Assembly: GCF_006345805.1 (NCBI RefSeq)
Contig: NC_043013.1
Coordinates: 19,592,001-19,656,000 of the forward strand
Length of the DNA: 64,000 nt
Source: Octopus sinensis
Lineage: Eukaryota
Reading direction: 5' to 3'
A program made the translations under genes and the position numbers. Under the pieces are notes generated by a model. The model worked only from the letters and a program-made list of their open reading frames with translations, did no database searches and had not been told where the DNA came from. Below, in pieces: positions 1 through 13,125 of the stretch. The first letter of the stretch is position 1, and the number at the start of each line of letters is the position of its first letter.

Positions 1-206
1 TCTAAGTATTTAGCTTAAAATATTTATCGATACGATTTAAATTTAATATTCCTAAATATTATGTTAGAGAATCAAAACGAAAATGAGAAAGAGGAAAAAA
101 ATCACTAATTCATATTTCCTATATAATTAATCAATCAATATTTTATTTATTTACTTGTCTTTGTATTTACTTAACGTTGTTCACTTGTAAATAGTCTCAT
201 TTGTAT

Positions 207-207
207 G

Positions 208-273
<66 letters not shown>

Positions 274-520
274 CGCACACTCATTCAAATGCCTATGTAC
301 ATATACATGTATACATACGTACATACATACATATATATATACATACATATATATACATATATATGTATATATATATATACACACACATATATATATATAT
401 ATACATATATATAAATATATATGTGTGTGTATATATATAATATAGAAATGTATATATATATATATACACACATATATATGTACATATATATAAATATATA
501 TGTGTGTCTATATATATAGT
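207..520. repeat. (TA)n/(CATA)n/(TG)n compound microsatellite
   Basis: Directly visible; explains the YI-rich pseudo-ORFs at 201-530. Confidence 0.95.
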
Positions 521-753
521 ATAAATACAAATATATACTGTATTTTAATGTGTATAAGGCACCTTCGTGTACAAGGAATCCCCTAATTTGGGTGGGTTAA
601 ATTTAGGAAAACGGTTTATTAAAGGATCATGATACTAGCGATTTATAACCTAATTTTTGAAAAAAAAAGGTTTCTTTACACCCGTTAAAATAAGTTATTT
701 ATGCATTTTTATTGTATGTATGTATGTATACTAATTTTCTTCTCCTTTTCCAG

Positions 754-797
754 GTTTTCCTCGTGTTTCAGAAGCTGAGTTTATGCTGGAAGCATAA
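754..797 (+). other. Possible orphan terminal coding exon (GFPRVSEAEFMLEA*)
   Basis: CTAAT branch-like motif plus polypyrimidine tract TTTTCTTCTCCTTTTCCAG ending at 753; phase-1 frame open to TAA at 795-797; peptide not recognised. Confidence 0.15.
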
Positions 798-1258
798 AAG
801 ACTTCCTTCTAATTTCTATTTCCTGAGAGTAAACCTAATACACTCTATTTTCTTTCACCTTGTTTGCTTGCGGCTTATATATTTGCTATGTATATGATTG
901 GTATCATATACATAGCAAAGGCCATCACTGACCATTATTTATGCAAAATTTTGTATCCAGTAAGGCTTGCACGACATAAGCCCTCTCACTCTTTTCACAT
1001 TATCCAGGGAAAAAGGCAAAGCAATATATCTAGTGTCAATATAAGTTACTCGTTGAGGAATGGAGATGCACAATGATCTCATGCGGAAGGAAAAGATGCA
1101 CAGATATCCAATACCTTTCCTCATATATTCAATTTTATATCAGACCTTCTCCCTTCCTGTTGGCTTCTCGGACTACAAACACCAATACCAAAATTCTGAA
1201 TAACCGTGATACAGCCAGATAGTCTGCGTTCATCTTTCCTTTCGGCAGGTCTTGGTTT

Positions 1259-1260
<2 letters not shown>

Positions 1261-1324
<64 letters not shown>
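1261..1324. repeat. (GATA)16 microsatellite
   Basis: Perfect tetranucleotide run. Confidence 0.98.
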
Positions 1325-1325
<1 letters not shown>

Positions 1326-1548
1326 ACAAACCCGCCTCAGATCGCATTCTAACATTCTGAAAAAAGGAAGGATACGTTTGGTTATTCTCTTAATCCTTTA
1401 CGTGTTTCAGCCCTAATGCAGCAGCCATGCTGGAGCAATATATTTGTAAATACAATTTATCTGAAAGAAAATACAAAGATGAATAGTCATGCATGAAATG
1501 GATTTGATTATAGGTCTTGAAAATAATAGCTGAGCTGGAGTGAAATGA

Positions 1549-1755
1549 CAACGATAACAACAACAACAACAGCAGCAGCAGCAGCAGCAGCAACAGTAGC
1601 AATAACAACTGCAAGAATAACAACAGTAATTATAATTGCAAACCAGGAATAACAGAAGCAGCAACAGCTATAAAAAATCCTACAGCAGTTACAACAACGA
1701 CTGAAACACTAGCAACAGTAAATCTAACCGCAGCAGCAACAGCAGCAACAACAGT
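1549..1755. repeat. (CAA)/(CAG) degenerate trinucleotide tract
   Basis: Directly visible; source of the poly-L/poly-C pseudo-ORFs. Confidence 0.9.
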
Positions 1756-1953
1756 GGAGGCGCAATGCCCCGTGGTTAGGGCAGCGGACTCGCGGTCGGA
1801 GGATCGCGGTTTCGATTCCCAGACCGGGCGTTGTGTGTGTTTATTGAGCGAAAACACCTAAAGCTCCACGAGGCTCCGGCAGGGGGATGGGCGTGGCGAC
1901 CCATGTTGTACTCTTTCGCCCCAACTTTCTCTCACTCTTTCCTCCTGTTTCTT
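1756..1953 (+). mobile_element. tRNA-derived SINE family 1, 3'-truncated copy
   Basis: A-box-like TGCCCCGTGGTTAGG and B-box GGTTTCGATTCC; homologous to the 2993-3374 and 10074-10457 copies. Confidence 0.9.
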
Positions 1954-2992
1954 GTCCCCGACTTATTTTTCTTTTCAGCTGTATGTGATGTACATTCAAG
2001 GACCACTTTTATCTCCACCTCTCCACCAAAAAAAAACAAAAACAAACAACTATTTCACGTTCTCTCGAAAGTTTACATAACTCTCATGTCGTCAAAAATA
2101 TATATAACTAAAATAATAATATATGTGTACACATTTGCAAGTATATGTGTGTGTGAATGTATGTATGCGTGTCTCTTATGCATGTATGTATATATGATGT
2201 ATGTGTGTGTCTATGTATGTATATATGTATGTGTGTGTGTGTGCTAAGGAATCGGTCGTTTGCTAGCTATGTATTCTGCAACATGCTAAACAGACAATGA
2301 ATGCCGTGATTAAGTGGTTCCCCCGCCATAAAGAAACAGATAGACGCAAACGACATTATTCCATGATTGGCATTTAGGTTATTACACAATTCCCATCCAA
2401 ATATTCCTAATATCACATCTAAAATATATCAAAGACATTGAGAATCGATATCTGACTATATTAATCACTGCCATAACAGAGATTCTGTTAATAATTCACG
2501 TCTCCATAGCGTGAGAGGTAATATTCGTTTACACGACAGGAATTTACACTGACCAACTAAATGATACAAATAATATTTCCATAATGAATGAATGAAGCAA
2601 GCTATTTATCTCCATCTGCTCAATGTTGGACGATGTCACGTGACATTTCTCTAAACTTGTCAATGATTAACTCATTTAAATATTTCCTTTTCTGGTCACA
2701 ACAAGAACGAAACACTTGTTTAAACACTGTTTGTGCAAGGGCCGTCGGCTTGCTACTTCAAATAATTCTATCTAATTTTGCTACAAATTCAGCAATTTGG
2801 AGGGAAAGTCGATTATATCGATTCTCCAGCACATGACTGTTATTATGTTATCGACCTTGAAAGGGTGAAAGTTAAAGCCAACTCCTGCAGAATTTGAACT
2901 CAGTACGTAAAGAATCGAAAGAAATCCTTCTAATCATGTTTTTCGACGCGCTAACGATTGCACCTTTTCGTCTCCTCCTTACTGCTTTTAAC

Positions 2993-3374
2993 GTGGAGGT
3001 GCAATGGCCCAGTGGTTTGGGCAGAGGACTCGCGGTCGGAGGATCGTGGTTTCGATTCCCAGACCGGGCATTGTGAGTGTTTATTGAGCGAAAAACACCT
3101 AAAGCTCCACGAGGCTCCGGCAGGGGGGGGGGTGAACCCTGCTATACTCTTTCACCACAACTTTCTCTCGCTCTTTCTTCCTGTTTCTCTTGTACCTGTA
3201 TTTCAAAGGGCCAGCCTTGTCACACTCTGTGTCACGCTGAATCTCCTCGAGAACTACGTTAAGGGTACACGTGTCTGTGGAGTGCTCAGCCACTTGCACG
3301 TTAATATCACGAGCAAGCTGTTCCGTTGATCGTATCAGCTGGGACCCTCATCGTCGCAACCGACGGAGTGCTCC
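2993..3374 (+). mobile_element. tRNA-derived SINE family 1, full length
   Basis: A box TGGCCCAGTGG, B box GGTTTCGATTCC; exact 13-bp TSD TACTGCTTTTAAC at 2980-2992 and 3375-3387. Confidence 0.95.
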
Positions 3375-3415
3375 TACTGCTTTTAACAATTCTTTTTAAT
3401 TTTGGTACAATATCA

Positions 3416-3495
3416 AAGGCGGCGAACTGACATAATCGTTAGCACGCCGGGCGAAATGCGAAACCGTATTTCGACTGCTGTTACGTTACTCTCTG
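3416..3495 (+). mobile_element. SINE family 2, 5' fragment
   Basis: AAGGCGGCGAACTGAC..CGTTAGCACGCCGGGCGAAATG matches the head of the 4313 copy. Confidence 0.75.
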
Positions 3496-4312
3496 CAGCC
3501 TGAAAGATATTTCATCATCTAGGGAGCAAGAACGTCTGAGTGGAATTTAAGGAGCCAATGATAGGTCTTTGTTGCATAGTATCAATCTCTGTTTCGTCCA
3601 CAACTGACTTATAGTTTAAGAGTTCGGAGAAGTGTCCAATCAAACGACCTCTGATTTCTGTTGATTTAGTACATGGAAAACAAAGGAGGTGATGTGGAGC
3701 TCTTAGGCCCATAAACTTGCTTCATAAGATGGTAAAGCTTCTAGCTGTGATCTGCATATATATATACATACATACATACATGCATTTAACTCACGGTTGC
3801 GTGCAAGCTATCCAAAAGACATTTTCCTAGTGAAGACAACTCGACGTAAACTGAAGTCTCCAGTTACGTGATATCAAGGTTATTTTTTATATTTGGAAAT
3901 GTTCTGTTAAGCGCATCATACAGCTTCGCGATACAATGATGCATGGTGGAATTTTATGGTCGGCAATTATTCATACGCTCTTGATATTGTCCTTGAGTTT
4001 CCGAACGAATTAGGAAATGTATAATTAATTTTGTCCCTTAATCTGAATGAATGAATATAATATAAATACGTCTTAGTGTTATTAACGATCCGAAAATAAT
4101 AGCTTTAGATATGCAAGATCTTTTGACTTGACAGTTACAGTGACCTTACACTGCTGCATGTTCACTGTTGAATATTTCTGTTTCCGACTGTAGTATATGA
4201 TCTGAAAAGAAATCCAGGTTACCCTGGTAAGAGCAACTGACCCCAGATCTCTTGTTATTGAAGACGTTTTGTACATTGGCTTTGAGGGAAAGTATTGTGT
4301 GGAAAGAGATCG

Positions 4313-4715
4313 AAGACGGCGAGCTGGCAGAAACGTCAGCACGCCGGACGAAATGCTTAGCGGTATTTCGTCTGCCGTTACGTTCTGAGTTCAAATTCCG
4401 CCGAGGTCGACTTTGCCTTTCATCCTTTCGGGGTCGATTAAATAAGTACCAGTTACGCACTAGGACCGATATAATCGACTTAATCCGTTTGTCCTCTCTG
4501 TGTTTAACCCCTTGTGGGTAGCAAAGAAATAGGTATTTTGTCTGCCGTTACGTTCTGAGTTCAAATTTCGCCGGGGTTGACTTTGCCTTTCATCTTTTCG
4601 GAGTCGATAAACAAAGTATCAGATATGCACTGGGTTCGATATAATTGACTTAATCGCTTTGTCTATCTTCGTTTGTCCCCTCTATGTTTAGCCCCTTGTG
4701 CGCAATAAAGAAATA
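4313..4715 (+). mobile_element. SINE family 2 (Meta-like central domain), one full unit plus a head-less second unit
   Basis: Head GGCGAGCTGGCAGAA, B box GAGTTCAAATTCC, central CCTTTCATCCTTTCGGGGTCGAT..AAGTACCAG; second unit 4532-4715 restarts at the internal GGTATTT (4362). Confidence 0.9.
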
Positions 4716-5816
4716 AGAGATAGAAATATATGCGCTTAGGATTGAAATGAATTGAACGATATTACTGGCAACTCACAGAAAACAATGTCGAACGTAGTTC
4801 TTGCCGCTAGCCCGTGGATTTAATTATACTATTGTAAATATCATTTTTTTACTCAGGTCAGGCTTGATTAAGAATGCTCATGTACAAAGGATTACTTTAC
4901 GGCGATCACCCCGTTTTTTTGCGAAGAAGTTTCTAACTAGGACTAATTTGTCAAATGTGTCTTTTCTTTTCTTTATTTTTTTTCCTCAAGAGAATGATTC
5001 AAATGATATCTAAGGGAATCGAGAATCGGTTGGTGTTGTATAATGAAAACTGAAAATTTCTCTACCAGGAAATTCAGAAGTGTAAGCAGTAACAAACAAA
5101 TGAATACATTCTACCTTTTCAAGAGCGAAATTTTACTTTCATTTCATCAAATAAATATCTTTGCTTTTCAATTCAATGACACGTTTCTTTTATGAAATCT
5201 GTTCTATAAAAATACACACACGTACACAAGGACTGCAAACATTATCTGTTTGTATCATGATTTAAAACTGTACACAATAACACACGTATATTTATTGTAT
5301 ATATATATATTCAATTATACACTCACTAACACATACACACACACACACACACACAGGGAAATACACACACGTTAACATGTACAAACACACCAACACATAC
5401 GCATATACTAAATTAGATTTATTACAGCTGAAACTATGATTAAATGCCAAGTACGTGTTTACATTTTTAAACAAACATAAACGTGTGAACAATACATACG
5501 TGTCTCTATACACACATACACCCACACACACATATATGCATGAATAAGTATGTATATACATACATACACATACGTATAAATATATACATGCACATATATG
5601 AATACACACACAAAAACATACATCCATTTATATATCCATAAATTTTAGTCAGATTTCAAAACTAGGGTTTTTCGACACCAAACAAGATAGTAAATCAAAG
5701 AAATAAGCAAAATGTTAATGAATATATATAAACATACAGAGCAGGATAAAGATAGATAGACAGAGAGAATGAGAGACAGAGAGACAAGACAGATAGATAA
5801 ATAGCAAGATATATAT

Positions 5817-5863
<47 letters not shown>

Positions 5864-5898
5864 TATTGTTTAAACCTCGCCAAGATAGATATTTAAAC

Positions 5899-5962
5899 CA
5901 CCTGATGAATGACTGCGACTCAAAAATTTGAAGATGTTAGCAGGCATGAAACGATCGTAGTG
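5899..5962 (+). ncRNA. Type I hammerhead ribozyme motif, intact core
   Basis: CAC-CTGATGA(5902-5908)-ATGaCTGC..GCAGgCAT-GAAAC(5948-5952)-GATC-GTA(5957-5959)-GTG; helix III is the palindrome ACGATCGT; stem I only 3 bp. Confidence 0.75.
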
Positions 5963-6101
5963 TGATATTAATTATATTTTTTAATAATTTTGTTTTATAT
6001 TTAAATAATATAAATTAAATAATCTTATGTATTGGTTTAAGTTTTTCATTGTTTGATTGCCTAATAGTGGTTTTGTCTCTAATTTAATATAATATATATA
6101 A

Positions 6102-6141
<40 letters not shown>

Positions 6142-6344
6142 CCTACGTTGGACTCTTTATTCGCATTAATCACCGAAACTGGAGCTTAACTATGGTCTGT
6201 CCATAGCACTTACTCAGCATTACCTGACACCTTTGGGTCTTATTCCCACTATTGCCTTTCATAACCTCTCTCTCTCTCACTCTCTCTCTCACTCTTTCTC
6301 TCTCTCTATATATATATATATACACACACATATATCTATATATG

Positions 6345-6379
<35 letters not shown>

Positions 6380-7046
6380 ACATATATATATATTTATATG
6401 TATAAGTAGGTACACGTATATATATGTGTATATATATACATACATGTATATATACATACATGTATGTGTATATATATATATATATACATAACTTTCTACA
6501 TATATATATATACATATGTACATATATATGTGTGAGTGGGTGTGTGTGCGCGCGAGTGTATATTCATGTATGATGGGATAGTTAAGAAGTTCCCTTCAAC
6601 CATAACACCCGGGCTCGATTCCACGATTCTGGTTATATGTAATTTTCTAAAGCCTCACATCCATTATCCCCACGAATTTGAGTAAAAAAGGTTGCACAGA
6701 AGCTGAGCAGAAGTCCTCTGAATGGATTCTACTTGTTAATAAGAAGGTAGAGTCTTCTTACAAATTCTTTCATTCTGATTTATGTTAATTGTACACGGGT
6801 CTCTCAACCGAGTTCATTCAGGAGGTAATTATTGAATGGATCGAACAATTGTATCCTCATTGTTGAACGTTAGAGATGGATTCATAAACTTTAATGGGAT
6901 TTCAAGTGCTTATACCTTAATGGGCTTACCGGATTTATCCTAATACGCGGCTATTTTGTAAGGTTTCCCGTAGCACTGTGACATCCACTTATTAAAACCT
7001 CCAGCACACAGAAACACGAACACACAAATAAACGCATATATATATA

Positions 7047-7094
<48 letters not shown>

Positions 7095-7159
7095 TGTGTG
7101 TGTGTGGTGTGGTGTGTGTGTGTGTGCGTGTGCGTGTGTGTGTGTGTGTGTGGTGTGTG

Positions 7160-7250
7160 TGTACGAGCAGCTGTTCGAGGATTACCAGCCACAAGGTTTC
7201 GGGTTCAGTCCCACTGCACGGCACCTTAGGTGCGTGTCTTCTATAACAGC
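7160..7250 (+). mobile_element. SINE family 3 (CORE-like) fragment
   Basis: GGGTTCAGTCCCACTGCACGGCACCTTAGGTGCGTGTCTTCTATA is shared with the 23607-24032 and 37663-38031 copies. Confidence 0.75.
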
Positions 7251-7945
7251 AACATTCAGAAAGCTAGATATTTGTGACAAACAGCATTTAGTAGGCTGTG
7301 TTCAAAGAGCTGTTACAGATATCTCATTCATTCTGAAAAAAAATAATTGCAAAATTAGCTTATTAGAGGTATAATAATGACATAGCAAAATTACAAAATT
7401 TTAGAACAGTTATAATTACCTTTCTCAAAAATCCCAAAACTTCTGGAATGCACTAAATATTTCGTGTAAACACTAACACACGCACGCTCACACACACACA
7501 TAGATATCCTTTAAGTTAGTATACAGGAAAAGTTTTGAATATGAATATAAAAGCTCCTATTGTATTATGCTGGCTACAGCTTAGTGATGCCAAATGGCGA
7601 TACCAATTGCTAGGTGTCGCATGGAACTATGTCTATATAATGTAGGATAAATATTGTAATAACAAGAACAATCACTGGATGGAATGAATGCATGATCGTG
7701 GTCTACATGATGTCCATGGATACTAGGGACTGTAATCATCCCTGGAATACGGACTGTAATCTTAAGGAACATATACTAATTGGGGAAACGCGCGTAGCGA
7801 TGCATTAAGATATCTTTGTAAATGCCATCCAAGGATTATTGTTGATATTACTACAGACATATATATATTATATATATGTGCATATATATATATAGTAAAG
7901 TAAATAAGAGGGCTAGCAGCAGGCTGTTTCGCCTCATACCATTGC

Positions 7946-7993
<48 letters not shown>

Positions 7994-8194
7994 ATCATCA
8001 AATACTCATATATACAAACACACACATTCACATAAATTATAAATAAATATATATATATATATAAATGTCTATATACTACAATACATAATAGAGGTAAATA
8101 AATAGATGAGTGTATTTTTACCTTGTTAACAATTTTCGAAACATGTGTCGAAAGTAAAAATATTTGTTTACACCTGCGTTAACTCCATTTTTTA

Positions 8195-8229
<35 letters not shown>

Positions 8230-8893
8230 ATATATATATAGTGTATATGTATGTGTGTGTTGTGGTGTTGTGTGTGTGTGTGTAGATAAAGATAGATACA
8301 TACATACGTGCATACATACGTATATATATATGTATGATGTGTATGTATACAGTTATACTAATCTGTATATGTACATAGTTATACAATGAAGCGTACATCA
8401 AATTATACACATGTACATTGAAACATACGCATATTTATGTATAGATGTGTTCATATATATGAGTAAATATACATACATATACATACATATATGCACATAT
8501 GTATGTCTATGTATATAGACATACATATATGTATGTTTATATATATATGTGTGTGTGTGTGTACACATATATACATATATACATACATATATTTACGTAT
8601 GTATGTTATGAATATTCATTCGTATGGCTATATTTGTATGATCTCAATTGACATTATGGAAATAAATATTGAGATATATGCACCGATGTCACATTTTCCT
8701 TGTTCTTCCCCCTCTTCCCTCCCATCCCCTCCCCCTTCTCCATCTCTCCGATCTCTTCTCCCCCCCTCTCTATCTCTCTCTCTTTCATTGAAATTTTGAA
8801 TAGAATGCATTTAAAAACATTATATTGTATACTTTTTATGCCACCCACTCGCCCTAACACACCCACCGCAAACCTAAATTCTGTTTCGTCTTT

Positions 8894-8928
<35 letters not shown>

Positions 8929-9161
8929 ACTACTGGTGCTGCTGTTGGTGCTGCTACCACTACCATTGGTTCGGCTGTAGTGTTCACAAAATTATCAGAA
9001 AGTGTATTGTATGTCTTCAGTTATTTCGTTCAAGTCCCATTGAGATTTCCTTTGTCTTTCATCACATGGAGACGAAAATAATGATATGCAAGTATCCTTG
9101 TCACTGCGATCTACCGTATCGCATATGTTATAAGTTATTTACTTCCTTATTATAAGTCGGC

Positions 9162-9830
9162 AAGACGGCGAGCTGGCAGAATCGTTAGCACGCCGAGAAA
9201 AATGCTTAGCGTCATTTCATCCGTCACTACGTTCTAACATCGAAATCCGCCAGAGGTTGACTTTACCGTTCATCCTGTAGGAGTTGATGAAATAAATACC
9301 AATGGTGTATTGGGTTCGATGTAATCGACTAGCTCCTCTCCCAAATTCCACTCCTTATATCCACAATGAAAAAGGTTATTATAAGGCGGTGAGATGGCAA
9401 AGTAGTTAGCACGTCGAACAAAATCCTTAGCGGTATTTCTTCCACCTTACGTTCTCAGTTCAATTTCCACCGAGGCCGACTTTGCCTTAATCCCTTTCTG
9501 AGATCAATAAAATAAGTACCAGTTGACCACTGCGGTCGATGTAATCTATTTGCCCCTTGCCCGAAAATTGGTAGCCTTCTGCCAAAATTTGAAAAAAACC
9601 CACAATTATTATAAAGCAGCGAGCCGGCAGACTACTTAGCATGTCGAACAAAATGCTTATCTACATTTTTTCCGGCTTTGGATCCTAGTTCAAAATACGC
9701 TGAAGTCTAATTTCGCATTCATCCTTTCCGAAAATATTCCCGAGTTGAGCTTTGGGGTCAATATAATCAATTAGCCCCTCACTCTAAAGTGTTAGGTCTC
9801 GTGTCTATAGTAGAAAGTATTGTTATTGTT
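9162..9830 (+). mobile_element. Three head-to-tail SINE family 2 copies
   Basis: Heads at 9162, 9383 and 9613, each preceded by TTATTAT; the third copy is the most degenerate. Confidence 0.85.
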
Positions 9831-10073
9831 CTTGATGTTTATTGCAGCTGCACTCGTTTATAAACCCTAATGAGACCAGGCATTCAACACATCTGCTACT
9901 TTTGATTATTTCTTTGACCGATAACCTCATCGTTATATCACTATTAATTAAATAACTTTTAATTAGAAATTTGAATTGTTCTTATCAAACTATATTATGT
10001 TCAAAAATGAAGAAATATAGTTTAAGTTTTACGTTCATTGTTGTAAGCAATATATCTTGCGGTCACCTCCACA

Positions 10074-10457
10074 GTGGAAGCACTCCGTCGATTACGACGA
10101 TGAGGGTTCCGGTTGATCCGATCAACGGAACAGCCTGCTCGTGAAATTAACGTCTAAGTGGCTGAGCACTCCACAGACACGTGTACCCTTAACGTAGTTC
10201 TCGGGGATATTCAGCGTGACACAGAGAGTGACAAGGCCGGCCCTTTGAAATACAGGTACAATAGAAACAGGAAGTAAGAGTGAGAGAAAGTTGTGGTGAA
10301 AGAGTACAGCAGGGATCACTACCATCCCCTGCCAGAGCCTCGTGGAGCTTTAGGTGTTTTCGCTCAATAAACACTCAGAACGCCCGGTCTGGGAATCGAA
10401 ACCGCGATCCTACGACCGCGAGTCCGCTGCCCTAACCACTGGGCCATTGCGCCTCCT
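10074..10457 (-). mobile_element. tRNA-derived SINE family 1, full length
   Basis: Reverse complement of the 2993 family; exact 13-bp TSD GGTCACCTCCACA at 10061-10073 and 10458-10470. Confidence 0.95.
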
Positions 10458-10846
10458 GGTCACCTCCACAACAAATACAGTGAATGGCTTTCTTACGGGT
10501 TCGAATATACTTCAAGCATAGTTGAACCGGAGGTGAGTTTGTACCTATACACATCATCGCTTAGCACTGTCGCTCAGTATCTCATTTACGGCGCGCTCCT
10601 GAATTTCACAGTCAGTCCTTCGATGAAGAGGAGAACATAAGAGAGACCTGTATCACGTTATTTCGCAGCGTCTGCCTTTTCAGTCTCCGCTGGTGAGGAG
10701 GAGATAAACACTCCGTACGCTGACTCGGTTTATTTACACCTATTCGTAAATAACAAGAAATGTTCTCCATGGTAAAAGGCAGTGAGCGATTTTCTTATGC
10801 GTTCGAATATGTCTCAAAAATATTTGAACTGGTATAATGTTTGTCA

Positions 10847-10882
10847 GCGCCTGATGAACGTACGTAAAACTATTAGTAGCGC
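10847..10882 (+). ncRNA. Minimal hammerhead-like motif with G12A substitution
   Basis: GCGC-CTGATGA-ACG(TA)CGT-AAAAC-TATTA-GTA-GCGC: all three helices present, one core mismatch. Confidence 0.5.
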
Positions 10883-10893
10883 ATATAATGCAA

Positions 10894-11138
10894 GAACTCA
10901 GAACGTAGCGGCAGACGAAATAACTATTTCTTTACTACCCACAAGGGGCTAAACACATAGAGAACAAATAAGGACAGACAAACGGATTAAGTCGATTATA
11001 TTGACCCCAGTGCGTAACTGGTACTTAATTTATCGACCCCGAAAGGATGAAAGGGAAAGTCCACCTCGGTGGAATTTGGACTCAGAACGTAGCGACAGAC
11101 GAAATACCGCTAAGCATTTCGCCCGGCGTGCTAACGAT
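10894..11138 (-). mobile_element. SINE family 2 with a 3' repeat of its internal segment
   Basis: Reverse complement matches the 4313 family; segment 10894-10924 repeats 11075-11106. Confidence 0.9.
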
Positions 11139-11566
11139 ATCAGTAACATTGTGCCTTATAAATACTTCTTAAAGTGACTTGTAGTAAAAGCAAAAACATT
11201 TTAAAAATGTTTGCTCAAAATATTATTGTCAGAAAGCCAGACACAGAGTTTCAGGCAGATTTAAACTCCTCAGGGATGAACATCACCGGATATCCTCACC
11301 TAAGTCGGATTATTGCTCCCTGTGTTGTAATAGATAGGCTAAGCATTCACTGATATGTGCGAAAGCGAGGCAGACTAAAATTTAATGATTATCATAATTA
11401 AAATTCAAGAACAAATAAATAGCAGAATGGGTGTACTTAATGTCTGAATTGTCTGAATTGACTCCTACGATCATGACGTGTAATTTATTTTTATTTCTTC
11501 CGGGATCGATAAAGTTAACATCAGTCGATTGCTGGTGATAATTTAATTGGCACTACAGACACAATG

Positions 11567-11900
11567 TGAAGGCGCATGTGTCAGTGGTTGGAGCGTCGAG
11601 CTTACGATTGTGAGGTTGTGAGCTCGAATCTCGGACAGGGCTGCGTGTTGTGTTCTTGAGCAAGACACTTTATTTCACGTCGTTCCAGTTCACTCAGCTA
11701 TAGAAATGAGTTGCGACGTCACAAGTGCCAGCTGTATCGGTCCCTTTCCCTTGGATAACACCGGTGGCGTGGAGAGGAGGGGCCGGTATGTATGGTCGAC
11801 TGCTGGTCTTCCATAAACACCTTTGCTTGGACTTATGCCTGGGAGGGTAACTTTCTAGGTGCAATCCCATGCTCTGACATGTGACCGAAGGCGGTCCCAG
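11567..11900 (+). mobile_element. tRNA-derived SINE family 4 (CORE-like), full length
   Basis: tRNA-like head, TGTGTTCTTGAGCAAGACACTT core-like block; exact 12-bp TSD ACAGACACAATG at 11555-11566 and 11901-11912. Confidence 0.9.
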
Positions 11901-12777
11901 ACAGACACAATGCCAAAGTTCTAAACTTAATCACCAATACCTCATCCTCACCAGTCTTGGAGGGTCTACAGATGTTACTCCATCATTGGAGTAAAAATGA
12001 TTTATCCTGGAGATGTAAGATATATATTTCATTTTACATCGTCACTGCTCGAATTTCACAAACTACAAGTATTCCAGTATAGATTTAACTACAATGGCCA
12101 AGAGCAACTTAGAATACATATTGAATGCACTTATATACATATAGGTGTATTAATATGACTGTGTGTATACTTATATGCCTATGCATCTATGTGTCTATGT
12201 GTGAGGTGTGTCTGATGTGTGTATGCGCCTAGTGTAAGTAATCTGCGGCGCCATAAGTTTTTTCCGATTGGACGCCTACACTTAAAACAAAGATTATTAT
12301 TTTTAGTTCTAAGTCATTGGCCAATAAATAAACTAAGTCTTATTTTCATTTACATGTGTACGCTTATACATAAATAATTCTGATACACGTGTCGAAAAAT
12401 TTCAATATGATATAGATACAGATGTTTCAATAATGTATGAATAGGTGGCCAATAGATGTAGGTATTTGACCAAAGCTAAGAGTTCGCTTGCGATAAAGAA
12501 ATACGCAACAGAAATGAACATAAAACCGATTTATTGACAAATTCTGTGAGCGGAAACTGATATATCAAATCATCTCCGTACAGCTGTCACAACAACATCG
12601 CAAAACACTTTTCATTCCTAAGTCTAATAAAGTCGACGCCATTTTCTACAAATCTTAAAATAGCAATCGGAAAGGAAGATTTCCCTTATCTAGGAATGTA
12701 CGGGCCTTTATGTGTGTATGTATACATACATATGCAGACATATACATGCATACATACATACACACACACACATATAT

Positions 12778-12830
<53 letters not shown>

Positions 12831-12899
12831 ATGTATGTATATACATATATATTTATGCATGTGTATATGTGTATATATGTATGTATGTATGTATATACG

Positions 12900-12931
<32 letters not shown>

Positions 12932-13076
12932 GTGTGTATGTATATGCATATGAATATATAACGCATGTGTATACACATGTGCACATTTCTCACTCTCTCT
13001 CCTCCTCTCTCTCTCTATATATATACATACATATATACACACATACATATATATCTATATATATACACATACACAT

Positions 13077-13125
<49 letters not shown>

